Positions 42,522 through 50,265 of a stretch of DNA of 64,000 nucleotides are shown in pieces. Each line of letters begins with the position of its first letter. Position 1 is the stretch's first letter. Origin of the DNA: Candidatus Onthovivens sp. (GTDB lineage Bacteria > Bacillota_I > Bacilli_A > RFN20 > CAG-826). A program made the position numbers and the translations under genes. The DNA is taken from assembly GCA_035270825.1 (NCBI GenBank), contig DATESL010000028.1:1064-65063 (forward strand), written 5' to 3'. The notes below the pieces were generated by a model. That model was given only the letters and a program-made list of their open reading frames with translations. It did no database searches and was not told the origin of the DNA.

Positions 42522-43857
42522 AAACTTACAAGACAAACTATCACGCATTGTTAAAAAAATAAAAGGTGAATCCAGATTAAATGAAAAGAATATGGAGGAA
42601 ATCTTAAAAGAAATTCGCGTCGCTTTACTTGAAGCAGACGTTAATTTTAAGGTAACCAGAGACTTTATTAATGAAATCAAAGAAAAAGCAACAGGTGAAG
42701 AAGTTTGGACCAAACTTAATCCTAGTGAAATGGTTATTAAAATTGTTCATGATGAATTAATTACCCTTTTAGGAGCTCAAGAAACTGAAATTAAATATAA
42801 TAAAAATAAACCAACTATTATTATGCTTTGTGGTCTTCAAGGTTCTGGTAAAACAACGACTGCTGGTAAGTTAGCATCGTTAATGAAAAATAAATTAAAG
42901 AAGAAAGTATTGCTTGCAGCTTGTGATGTTTATCGTCCTGCAGCCATTGCGCAACTAGCTCAACTTGCAGACTCAATTGATGTTGATTTAGTTAACTTAG
43001 GGGATAAAGTAAGTCCCGTCCATATTGCAAAAGAAGCTAAGAAAAAGGCATATAATGATCATTATGATGTCTTAATTCTTGATACAGCAGGCCGTTTACA
43101 AATCGATGAGCCTTTAATGAAAGAATTAAAGGATATTAAAGAAGAAGTTCAACCAGAAGAAATCTTATTATTGGTTGATGCGATGAGTGGACAAGATAGT
43201 GTTAACGTGGCAAGTTCTTTTAACGAATTACTTGGTTTAACTGGTTCTATTTTTTCTAAAATTGATGGTGACACCCGTGGGGGATCCATTTTAAGTATTA
43301 AAAAAATGACAAATGTTCCTATTAAATTTACAGGTACTGGGGAAAAAATTAGTGATCTTGATATATTCTATCCTGACCGTATGGCGGATCGAATTTTAGG
43401 CATGGGCGATGTTGTTTCTTTAATTGAAAAAGTCGAAGAAAACTTTAACCAAAAAGAAGCTAAAAAATCTGTTCAAAAAATGATGGATGGACGCTTTACT
43501 TTAGATGATATGCTAGCTCAAATGAAACAAATTGAAAAGATGGGTTCTCTAGGAGGACTTTTAAAAATGATTCCTGGAATGCCAAAAATCTCTGATCAAC
43601 AATTAGATTTAGCAATGAAAGAAATGAAACTATTTGAAGTTATTATCAACTCAATGACTAATGAAGAAAAAATTGATCCAAGTATTTTGAAGAATTCTCG
43701 CAAAGTAAGAATTGCTAAAGGAAGTGGAACTAATAGTGCCCAAATTAACAAAGTCATTAAAAAATATGATCAGATGAAATTAATGATGAAACAAATGAAA
43801 GGCAATAAAAAAGGCGGCATGCTGCCACCTGGTTTTGGCGGAGGTTTTGGTTTTTAA
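42511..43857 (+). CDS. ffh: Signal recognition particle protein Ffh
   Basis: GLQGSGKTTTAGKLA, DTAGRL and Met-rich M domain with a GGFGF tail. Confidence 0.95.
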   Translation: MAFENLQDKLSRIVKKIKGESRLNEKNMEEILKEIRVALLEADVNFKVTRDFINEIKEKATGEEVWTKLNPSEMVIKIVHDELITLLGAQETEIKYNKNKPTIIMLCGLQGSGKTTTAGKLASLMKNKLKKKVLLAACDVYRPAAIAQLAQLADSIDVDLVNLGDKVSPVHIAKEAKKKAYNDHYDVLILDTAGRLQIDEPLMKELKDIKEEVQPEEILLLVDAMSGQDSVNVASSFNELLGLTGSIFSKIDGDTRGGSILSIKKMTNVPIKFTGTGEKISDLDIFYPDRMADRILGMGDVVSLIEKVEENFNQKEAKKSVQKMMDGRFTLDDMLAQMKQIEKMGSLGGLLKMIPGMPKISDQQLDLAMKEMKLFEVIINSMTNEEKIDPSILKNSRKVRIAKGSGTNSAQINKVIKKYDQMKLMMKQMKGNKKGGMLPPGFGGGFGF

Positions 43858-44631
43858 TTACTTAATAAACTTCTTACCTTTATTTAAAGCTTCTAACTCC
43901 CAATCGGGAGTTTTTTCATTCTTTAATTCCTCAATTAACTTCTCTTCAGTCTTAGAATAAATATGCCCGTTTAGTAGGTCTTTTCTTAATTTAAGCGTTA
44001 AATCAAGCGATTTCTTTAAACGGTATTTTTCAATTGCTTGATGGTTTCCTGAGTATAAAATATCAGGTATTTTTTTATTATCGTATTCATATGGTTCAGT
44101 ATATTGAGGGTACTCAAGAAGGTGTGAGGAAAAACTTTCCTCTGCTAAAGATGACTCAGTAATAACCCCTTTAATAAGCCTTGAAACACTATCAATAATT
44201 GCCAAAGCAGCTGGTTCACCACCTGTTAAAATATAATCACCAATTGAAATAACTTCATCAAAATAATCATATATTCTTTCATCAAATCCTTCATAATGAC
44301 CACACAAAACTAAAATTTCTTCATAATCTTTTGCATAGTGGTTAGCAATTTTTTGATCGTATTTTATTCCACGAGGAGAAAGAATAATTTTGTGTGTTTT
44401 CTCACTAGAATTAGCTTTTAAAGCATCAATAATTGGTTGAATTTTTAAAATTAATCCTGCTCCACCACCAACAGGAGGAGTATCACAGCGATTATATTTA
44501 TCTTTCGTATAATCACGAATATTTACAAGTTTAACTTCAATTATTTCCTTACCAATAGCGCGTTTTAAAATTGAAGATGAAAGAAAACTTTCAAAGACTT
44601 CTGGGAATAATGTTAGGATAATAAATCTCAC
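43858..44631 (-). CDS. trmD: tRNA (guanine37-N1)-methyltransferase
   Basis: MRFIILTLFPEVFESFL start and GGGAGLILK...ILTGGEPAALAIIDSVSRLI motifs; its stop codon directly abuts the ffh stop codon. Confidence 0.92.
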   Translation of the reverse strand: MRFIILTLFPEVFESFLSSSILKRAIGKEIIEVKLVNIRDYTKDKYNRCDTPPVGGGAGLILKIQPIIDALKANSSEKTHKIILSPRGIKYDQKIANHYAKDYEEILVLCGHYEGFDERIYDYFDEVISIGDYILTGGEPAALAIIDSVSRLIKGVITESSLAEESFSSHLLEYPQYTEPYEYDNKKIPDILYSGNHQAIEKYRLKKSLDLTLKLRKDLLNGHIYSKTEEKLIEELKNEKTPDWELEALNKGKKFIK

Positions 44632-45140
44632 AATAAACCCTCGATTAAATTAATTACAATTCTTTCATCTTCCAAAGAAATTGAATCTATAAAGATGTCA
44701 ACAAATGGCAGATAAAAGAATTCTTCTGAATCCTTTTTTAAAATTTTTAATGTAATTTGAGCTGGAAATTCCTCTACTTTTGCAACTTTTCCAAGAAGAT
44801 TTAAGTCCTTATCATAGACTTCTAAATCAACTAAATCATCATAGAAAAATTCACCTTTTGGCAGGTCTTTTTGATTTTTAACTACTAAAAGGTCCTTATT
44901 TTCAAGGACTTCAGTTTCTTCAATTGAAGTGATTTCATTAAAAGCAATGGTGTAAATATTTCCCTTTATGCGACGAATACTTTTTAAAGTAAGGTCTTTT
45001 TTGCCTGTTTCATTTTCAATAAAAAAGGCAGAATTTTTTCTAAATCTTTTTTCAAATAAAGAAGTAGTGATATAAATTCTTAATTCACCTTTGAGGCCAC
45101 TTGCTTTTAATAATGTTCCGACTTTTAAATATTTTTCCAT
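44628..45140 (-). CDS. rimM: 16S rRNA processing protein RimM
   Basis: 170 aa; LKVGTLLKASGLKGELRI N-terminus and a PRC barrel C-terminus; overlaps the trmD start by 4 nt. Confidence 0.85.
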   Translation of the reverse strand: MEKYLKVGTLLKASGLKGELRIYITTSLFEKRFRKNSAFFIENETGKKDLTLKSIRRIKGNIYTIAFNEITSIEETEVLENKDLLVVKNQKDLPKGEFFYDDLVDLEVYDKDLNLLGKVAKVEEFPAQITLKILKKDSEEFFYLPFVDIFIDSISLEDERIVINLIEGLL

Positions 45141-45170
45141 AATTTTTCCTTAAAGAAAAAGAGTACACTC

Positions 45171-45428
45171 TTAATCTTTTTGATCGAAGGATTCAAATTT
45201 GACGTGTACTCTTTTGTTTTCTAATTTTCCGGCGACGGCTAAGATTTCTCTAATCGAATTTGCTACACAACCTTTTTTACCAATAAGTCTTGCCGTGTCT
45301 TCATTTTGAGCAACAACAAGCAAGGTAATATCACGAGGATTTTCTTGAGGAATTTCTCTAATTAAGATTGTATCTGGATTAGAAACAAAACCATCAATAA
45401 TTGTATGAATTAAACTAGTATAATTCAT
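45171..45428 (-). CDS. khpA: KH-domain RNA-binding protein (YlqC/KhpA)
   Basis: 85 aa; LIGKKGCVANSIREIL is a KH GxxG-type motif; conserved position after rpsP. Confidence 0.8.
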   Translation of the reverse strand: MNYTSLIHTIIDGFVSNPDTILIREIPQENPRDITLLVVAQNEDTARLIGKKGCVANSIREILAVAGKLENKRVHVKFESFDQKD

Positions 45429-45430
45429 AA

Positions 45431-45859
45431 CTATTCTCCTTTGACTTCGACTATTTCTTCAACAACTGGTGTAGTTTCTTCAACTTTTTTAACTGTCTTT
45501 TTAGCTGGAGCTTTTTTAGCTGGAGCCTTAGCAACCTTTGCTTTTTTAGCAACAGGTGATTTTGTACTTACAACTTTAGCTTTTTTAACAGCTTCAGGTT
45601 TTGTGGATTTAGCTTTTGCAAGTAATCCTTTTGCGGTTAAGATACCTTTGATTGTATCGCTATATTGAGCACCTTTTGCTAACCATTCTAAAACAGCTGT
45701 TTCATCGATAACGGCATTAGCGACTCCCTTTGAAGGATCGTAATAACCAATTTGTTGAACATAACGTCCATCACGAGCATATCTTGAATCTGCTGCTACA
45801 ATACGGTAGAAAGGATTTTGATGTCTTCCTATTCTTGTTAATCTAATTTTTACTGCCAT
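45431..45859 (-). CDS. rpsP: 30S ribosomal protein S16 with a Lys/Ala/Pro-rich C-terminal extension
   Basis: MAVKIRLTRIGRHQNPFYRIVAADSRYARDGRY is the canonical S16 core (about 85 aa), followed by an about 55-aa AKKAKVAKAPAKKAPAKK tail. Confidence 0.92.
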   Translation of the reverse strand: MAVKIRLTRIGRHQNPFYRIVAADSRYARDGRYVQQIGYYDPSKGVANAVIDETAVLEWLAKGAQYSDTIKGILTAKGLLAKAKSTKPEAVKKAKVVSTKSPVAKKAKVAKAPAKKAPAKKTVKKVEETTPVVEEIVEVKGE

Positions 45860-45888
45860 AATTTATTTCTCCTTAAATAACTGAAGTA

Positions 45889-45917
45889 ATATTAATAAAA
45901 AATGAAATGGTTGTCAA
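45889..45917 (-). promoter_or_regulatory. Candidate promoter of the rpsP-khpA-rimM-trmD operon
   Basis: On the minus strand: TTGACA (45912-45917), 17 nt spacer, TAATAT (45889-45894). Confidence 0.55.
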
Positions 45918-46007
45918 GTGTTTTCACTTAACACTAAGACTATTTGGCTTTTATTTAATATTTGATTCAAGTATAATATGAATTAGCATTGAAAGAGGGG
46001 ATTTCTT

Positions 46008-46328
46008 ATGATATTCAATTATGGATTGGTCTTGAGTGAGGCGCTTAACATTATGGATATTGTTGGTTATATTGCTGCAATTTTAACTACAATTTCATTT
46101 ATTCCGCAACTAATTAAAGTTATTAAAACAAGAAATACAGATTCGATATCTTTAATTATGTATATTCTTTTTGTTGTTGGAGTTATTTGCTGGGTTGGTT
46201 ATGGAATTTTTAAAGTTGATATTCCGGTGATTCTTGCTAATTGTTTCACACTTCTTTTTTCTGGTTTTATTTTAATTATTAAAATTATTAATACAGTTAA
46301 AGAACATAAAGCAAAGAAGAAATCTTAA
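46008..46328 (+). CDS. SemiSWEET / PQ-loop family small sugar transporter
   Basis: 106 aa with 3 TM helices; PQ motif ISFIPQLIKVIKTRNTDSISL and downstream WVGYG...PVILAN pattern; RBS AGAGGGG. Confidence 0.7.
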   Translation: MIFNYGLVLSEALNIMDIVGYIAAILTTISFIPQLIKVIKTRNTDSISLIMYILFVVGVICWVGYGIFKVDIPVILANCFTLLFSGFILIIKIINTVKEHKAKKKS

Positions 46329-46334
46329 AATTAC

Positions 46335-46363
46335 TTTACAAGTATAGTAAATTTCGATACAAT
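46335..46363 (+). promoter_or_regulatory. Candidate promoter of rplS
   Basis: TTTACA (46335-46340), 17 nt spacer, TACAAT (46358-46363); leaves an about 85-nt leader. Confidence 0.5.
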
Positions 46364-46452
46364 TATTAAGCATTTGAATGCTACGAGTGGTCCGCTACAA
46401 TCAGTCACATTGTATGAACATTAAGAGAACGAAAACAAAGGGGGAATTAATT

Positions 46453-46806
46453 ATGAACAAAAACTTAGTTAAAGAAGTAACCAAAACCCAACTTAGAACT
46501 GATTTACCAGAATTTGGTAGTGGAGACACTATTAAAGTCTCAGTAAGAATTACTGAAGGCGGAAAATCTAGAATCCAAATCTTTGAAGGCACAGTTATTG
46601 CCAGAAGAGGTGGAGGAGTTGCGGAGACATTCATTATTAGAAAAATGAGTGGTAACATTGGCGTTGAAAGAAACTTTCCATTACATTCACCAAATATCGA
46701 CAAAATTGAAGTTGTCAAATATGGTAAAGTAAGACGTAACAAGATCTTCTATATTAGAGGATTAAGTGGAAAAGCTGCAAGAATTAAACAAATTCTTAAA
46801 AAATAA
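46453..46806 (+). CDS. rplS: 50S ribosomal protein L19
   Basis: 117 aa from ATG 46453 (RBS AAGGGGG); [38 protein letters not shown] is typical L19. Confidence 0.93.
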   Translation: MNKNLVKEVTKTQLRTDLPEFGSGDTIKVSVRITEGGKSRIQIFEGTVIARRGGGVAETFIIRKMSGNIGVERNFPLHSPNIDKIEVVKYGKVRRNKIFYIRGLSGKAARIKQILKK

Positions 46807-46816
46807 TTATGTGACT

Positions 46817-46846
46817 AAAAGGATGAGGAAACTCATCCTTTTTTTA
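46817..46846 (+). terminator. Rho-independent terminator after rplS
   Basis: aaaaggatgag / gaaa / ctcatcctttt hairpin followed by a T-run. Confidence 0.75.
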
Positions 46847-46928
46847 TTACTTAAAATTTATTTTTTTATCTTCAAAGATGGATATATGTTATAATTTAGA
46901 AAAGTATTTTTAAGGAGGAATAAAATTT

Positions 46929-47432
46929 ATGAAAGTTACTAGTAATGGAATTATTGATGGTATTATTTTAGAAAAATATGGAAAAAAAGGAACTGAATTT
47001 AATGTTAATGGGGTTCCGACTCTTTCTTTACCTCTAGAAATTAAGGAAGCGCCTTTAGGAACTAAAAGTTTTGCTTTAGTTTTAGAAGATAAAGATGCTA
47101 TTCCAGTTAGTGGAGGATTTGCCTGGATTCACTGGGTCGCTTGTAATATTTTAAAAAACAAATTAGAAGAAAATGAAAGCCAAAAAGCTACTGATTTTAT
47201 TCAAGGAGCTAATTCATGGACTTCCTATCAAGGTGGTAATCAAAGTAGGGAACTATCTTCCTTTTATGGAGGAATGTGTCCACCAGATCAACTTCATTTA
47301 TATGAGTTACATGTTTATGCTTTAGATACTGTTTTAGATCTTAAAAATGGTTTTTATATGAATGAGATGTTCAAATTAATGGATGGTCATATTCTTGACT
47401 CATTTACTTTAAAGGGTTATTACAATGATTAG
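46929..47432 (+). CDS. YbhB/YbcL family (PEBP/Raf-kinase-inhibitor-like) protein
   Basis: 167 aa; LVLEDKDAIPVSGGFAWIHWVACNI and YGGMCPPDQLHLYELHVYAL patterns. Confidence 0.75.
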   Translation: MKVTSNGIIDGIILEKYGKKGTEFNVNGVPTLSLPLEIKEAPLGTKSFALVLEDKDAIPVSGGFAWIHWVACNILKNKLEENESQKATDFIQGANSWTSYQGGNQSRELSSFYGGMCPPDQLHLYELHVYALDTVLDLKNGFYMNEMFKLMDGHILDSFTLKGYYND

Positions 47433-47796
47433 AAAAATTGATCATGTAGTTATTACCACTAAAAATATTGAAAAATGTGTATATTTTTATCATTTATTAG
47501 GATTTAAAGTTCAAAATACTGATTTTGGTTATGCTCTTTTTGCTGGTGATTTTAAAATTAATGTTCATCAATTAGGAAAAGAATTAGAGCCTCATGCTTT
47601 AAATGTTACTTTAGGATCAAATGATTTATGTTTTGAAATTGATGATAATTTGGAAGAATTTAAAGAAGATTTGATTAAAAAAGGTGTGATTATTGAAGAA
47701 GGAATTGTTAAAAGAAATGGTGTTTTTGGTCCAATGAATTCAATCTATGTTCGTGATTATGATGGCAATTTAATTGAATTTTGTAATTATAAATAA
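47425..47796 (+). CDS. VOC (glyoxalase/bleomycin-resistance fold) family protein
   Basis: 123 aa; IDHVVITTKNIEKCVYFYHLLGF start and DYDGNLIEF end. Confidence 0.7.
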   Translation: MIRKIDHVVITTKNIEKCVYFYHLLGFKVQNTDFGYALFAGDFKINVHQLGKELEPHALNVTLGSNDLCFEIDDNLEEFKEDLIKKGVIIEEGIVKRNGVFGPMNSIYVRDYDGNLIEFCNYK

Positions 47797-47798
47797 AT

Positions 47799-48689
47799 AT
47801 GGAAAAAGAGAAAGAGAAAATAACTAAAAACCAAAAGGAACACGCTATTCACTGGTTCCCTGGACACATGAAAAAAGCCAGTAATAAAATTGAAGAATCA
47901 ATTAAACTGGTTGATTTTGTTATTGTTCTTCTTGATGCTCGTGCTCCGCTTTCTTCCTCTAGTGAGTATTTAATTTCTTTAACAAGAGAAAAACAAAAAC
48001 TCTTTATTATGACTAAAAATGATTTAGCTGATGAAAAGATTACTCTAGGGTGGCAAGATTATTTTTCTAAAGGAGAAGATCGAGTTTTATCTCTTGATTT
48101 AAAAGCAGCTGATTCTAAAAAACTAATTTTAAATGAAATTCATACTATTTTAAAAGATAAAAAAGATAAATATAGTAAAAAAGGAATTGTAAATTTTACT
48201 TATAAAGCAATGGTTGTGGGGATTCCTAATGTTGGTAAGTCAACCTTTATTAATATGGTTGCTAATAAAGCAATCACTAAAACCGCCAATACTCCAGGAT
48301 TAACTCGCAAAAATCGCTGGGTTAAAATTGATGCTAATCTTGAATTAATGGATACTCCAGGAATTTTAGAACCTTCTTATAAAGATAAGCAAGTTGCTAT
48401 TAATTTAGCGCTGATAGGGGCAATTAAAGCAACTATTTTACCAACAGAAGAATTGGCTAATTATGCTCTTGATTACTTAAAAGAAAATTACTTAAATATC
48501 TTAAATAGTAAATATAATTTAAATGTAGAAAAAATAACAGCAGGTCATGAAGTTTTTGAACAAATTGCTAAAAAAAGAGGTTACTTATTAAAGGGTCAAT
48601 TTTATGATTTAGATAAAGCACAAATCCTTTTATTAAATGATTTTAAAAATGGACAATTTGGAAGAATAAGTGTTGAGAAAGCTGATTAA
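47799..48689 (+). CDS. rbgA: Ribosome biogenesis GTPase A (YlqF/RbgA)
   Basis: HWFPGHMKKA, circularly permuted GTPase motifs (TKNDL ... GIPNVGKST ... DTPGIL). Confidence 0.9.
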   Translation: MEKEKEKITKNQKEHAIHWFPGHMKKASNKIEESIKLVDFVIVLLDARAPLSSSSEYLISLTREKQKLFIMTKNDLADEKITLGWQDYFSKGEDRVLSLDLKAADSKKLILNEIHTILKDKKDKYSKKGIVNFTYKAMVVGIPNVGKSTFINMVANKAITKTANTPGLTRKNRWVKIDANLELMDTPGILEPSYKDKQVAINLALIGAIKATILPTEELANYALDYLKENYLNILNSKYNLNVEKITAGHEVFEQIAKKRGYLLKGQFYDLDKAQILLLNDFKNGQFGRISVEKAD

Positions 48690-49310
48690 ATGCTTGATTT
48701 TGAGATAAAATATTTTAAGGAAAATATTAAAATAATTGCGGGATTAGATGAGGCCGGAAGAGGCCCTCTTTGTGGTCCAGTAGTGGCCTGTGTTGTTCTT
48801 ATTGATGATAAGTTTAAACATGTTGGAATTAATGATTCTAAAGCCTTAAGTGAAAAGAAAAGAAATGAATATTATGAATATATTTTAGAAAACGCTTTAG
48901 AAGTACAAATTGAAATAATCGAACCAATAGAGATTGATAAGTTAAATATTTATCAAGCAAGTAAAAAAGCTATGGAAAGAGCACTTGCTAAACTAAATAA
49001 GATTCCAGATCTAGTTTTAACTGACTGTATGCCTTTAATTTATAAAGATAAAGAAGTTATTTCATTAATTAAGGGCGATAAATTAGCTCTTTCAATTGCA
49101 GCAGCAAGTATTATTGCAAAAGTCACTCGAGATAAAATTATGGATCAATATGATGAAAAATATCCAGAGTATGGCTTTAAAAATCATAAGGGTTACTGTA
49201 CTAAAGCACATCTAGAGGCAATTACAAAATATGGAATAATAAAGGGTTTTTACCGTGAAAGTTACCGTCCTGTTAAAGAGATTTTAGATGCGGATTTAAA
49301 ATTATTTTAA
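48690..49310 (+). CDS. rnhB: Ribonuclease HII
   Basis: GLDEAGRGPLCGPVVA active-site motif; 206 aa. Confidence 0.9.
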   Translation: MLDFEIKYFKENIKIIAGLDEAGRGPLCGPVVACVVLIDDKFKHVGINDSKALSEKKRNEYYEYILENALEVQIEIIEPIEIDKLNIYQASKKAMERALAKLNKIPDLVLTDCMPLIYKDKEVISLIKGDKLALSIAAASIIAKVTRDKIMDQYDEKYPEYGFKNHKGYCTKAHLEAITKYGIIKGFYRESYRPVKEILDADLKLF

Positions 49311-49370
49311 TTTAATGACTAAAGATTTTAAATAAATAGCAATCTTGATAGTAAGGAGGTAATTTAATAA

Positions 49371-50156
49371 ATGATTACTATTAAAGATGTTATTTTTTAT
49401 TTTTGTTGTAAATATGTTGGAAACTGGGACAAGGTTTATAAGGCTTTTAAAGATAAGGAAGAATTTAAAGAAGAATTTTTTGCCGAATATAAGGAAAAAT
49501 ATGATTTTAATTCTTTTATTTCAATGGCTGATGATGAATATCCAGTTTCTCTAAAAGAAGCTACTAGACCACCTTTTGGTTTATTTTTTAAGGGAGATAT
49601 TAGTCTATTAAAAACACCTTTAAAAAATATGATTTCAGTTATTGGTAGTCGAAAGTGCACACCTTATGGTGAAAATACCACTAAAGACATTATTTCAAAA
49701 TTAGATGAAGAAAGAGTTATTATTAGTGGCTTGGCTAAGGGGATTGATGTTGTAGCACATACTGCGGCTCTTGATAGTGGTTTAGCGACCATTGCAGTTT
49801 TAGGTTCAGGGATTAATAATTGTTATCCTCGTGCTCATCAACCAGTCTATAATAAGATTTTAGCAAATGGAGGCTTAATTCTTAGTGAATATCCAGGAGA
49901 CACGGAACCTTTACCAGAATATTTTATTCATCGTAACAGAATTGTTGCATCATTATGTACTTTTTTACTTGTAAGCGAAAGCTATGGTAAAACAGGAACT
50001 TATTCCACAGTTTGCTTTGCTCTTGGAAGCGGAAAGGATGTAGGATGTGTTCCTTATGAAGCAAACCTTAATTCTAATTGTAATAAAATGATTAAAGAGG
50101 GAGCATATTTAATTGAGTCGGCAAGTGATATAATTAATGTAATTGAAAACAAATAA
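49371..50156 (+). CDS. dprA: DNA-processing protein DprA (short form)
   Basis: Rossmann-like core GSRKCTPYGENTTKDII...ISGLAKGIDVVAHTAAL...GSGINNCYPRAH. Confidence 0.85.
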   Translation: MITIKDVIFYFCCKYVGNWDKVYKAFKDKEEFKEEFFAEYKEKYDFNSFISMADDEYPVSLKEATRPPFGLFFKGDISLLKTPLKNMISVIGSRKCTPYGENTTKDIISKLDEERVIISGLAKGIDVVAHTAALDSGLATIAVLGSGINNCYPRAHQPVYNKILANGGLILSEYPGDTEPLPEYFIHRNRIVASLCTFLLVSESYGKTGTYSTVCFALGSGKDVGCVPYEANLNSNCNKMIKEGAYLIESASDIINVIENK

Positions 50157-50265
50157 AAAAAGAAAAAAAGATAAATATATATATATTTATAAGGATATAG
50201 ATAAATTATTACTCTTTACAAATTGCTAACTCTTATATATATTTTAGAAACGAAAGAAGAAAATT

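Noticed and set aside
45431-45445. Identical ...KGE C-termini of S16 and S2 (55855-55869) as evidence for a shared functional tail motif
   Set aside because: The terminal AAAGGAGAA codons double as the Shine-Dalgarno sequence of the next gene (khpA and tsf). Other gene ends show the same pattern (jetA NEGDE, coaX NEEN, dxr KREN). It is an RBS constraint, not a protein motif.
50175-50186. (AT)6 microsatellite upstream of topA
   Set aside because: It is short, lies in an AT-rich promoter region, and shows no evidence of a function or of phase variation.
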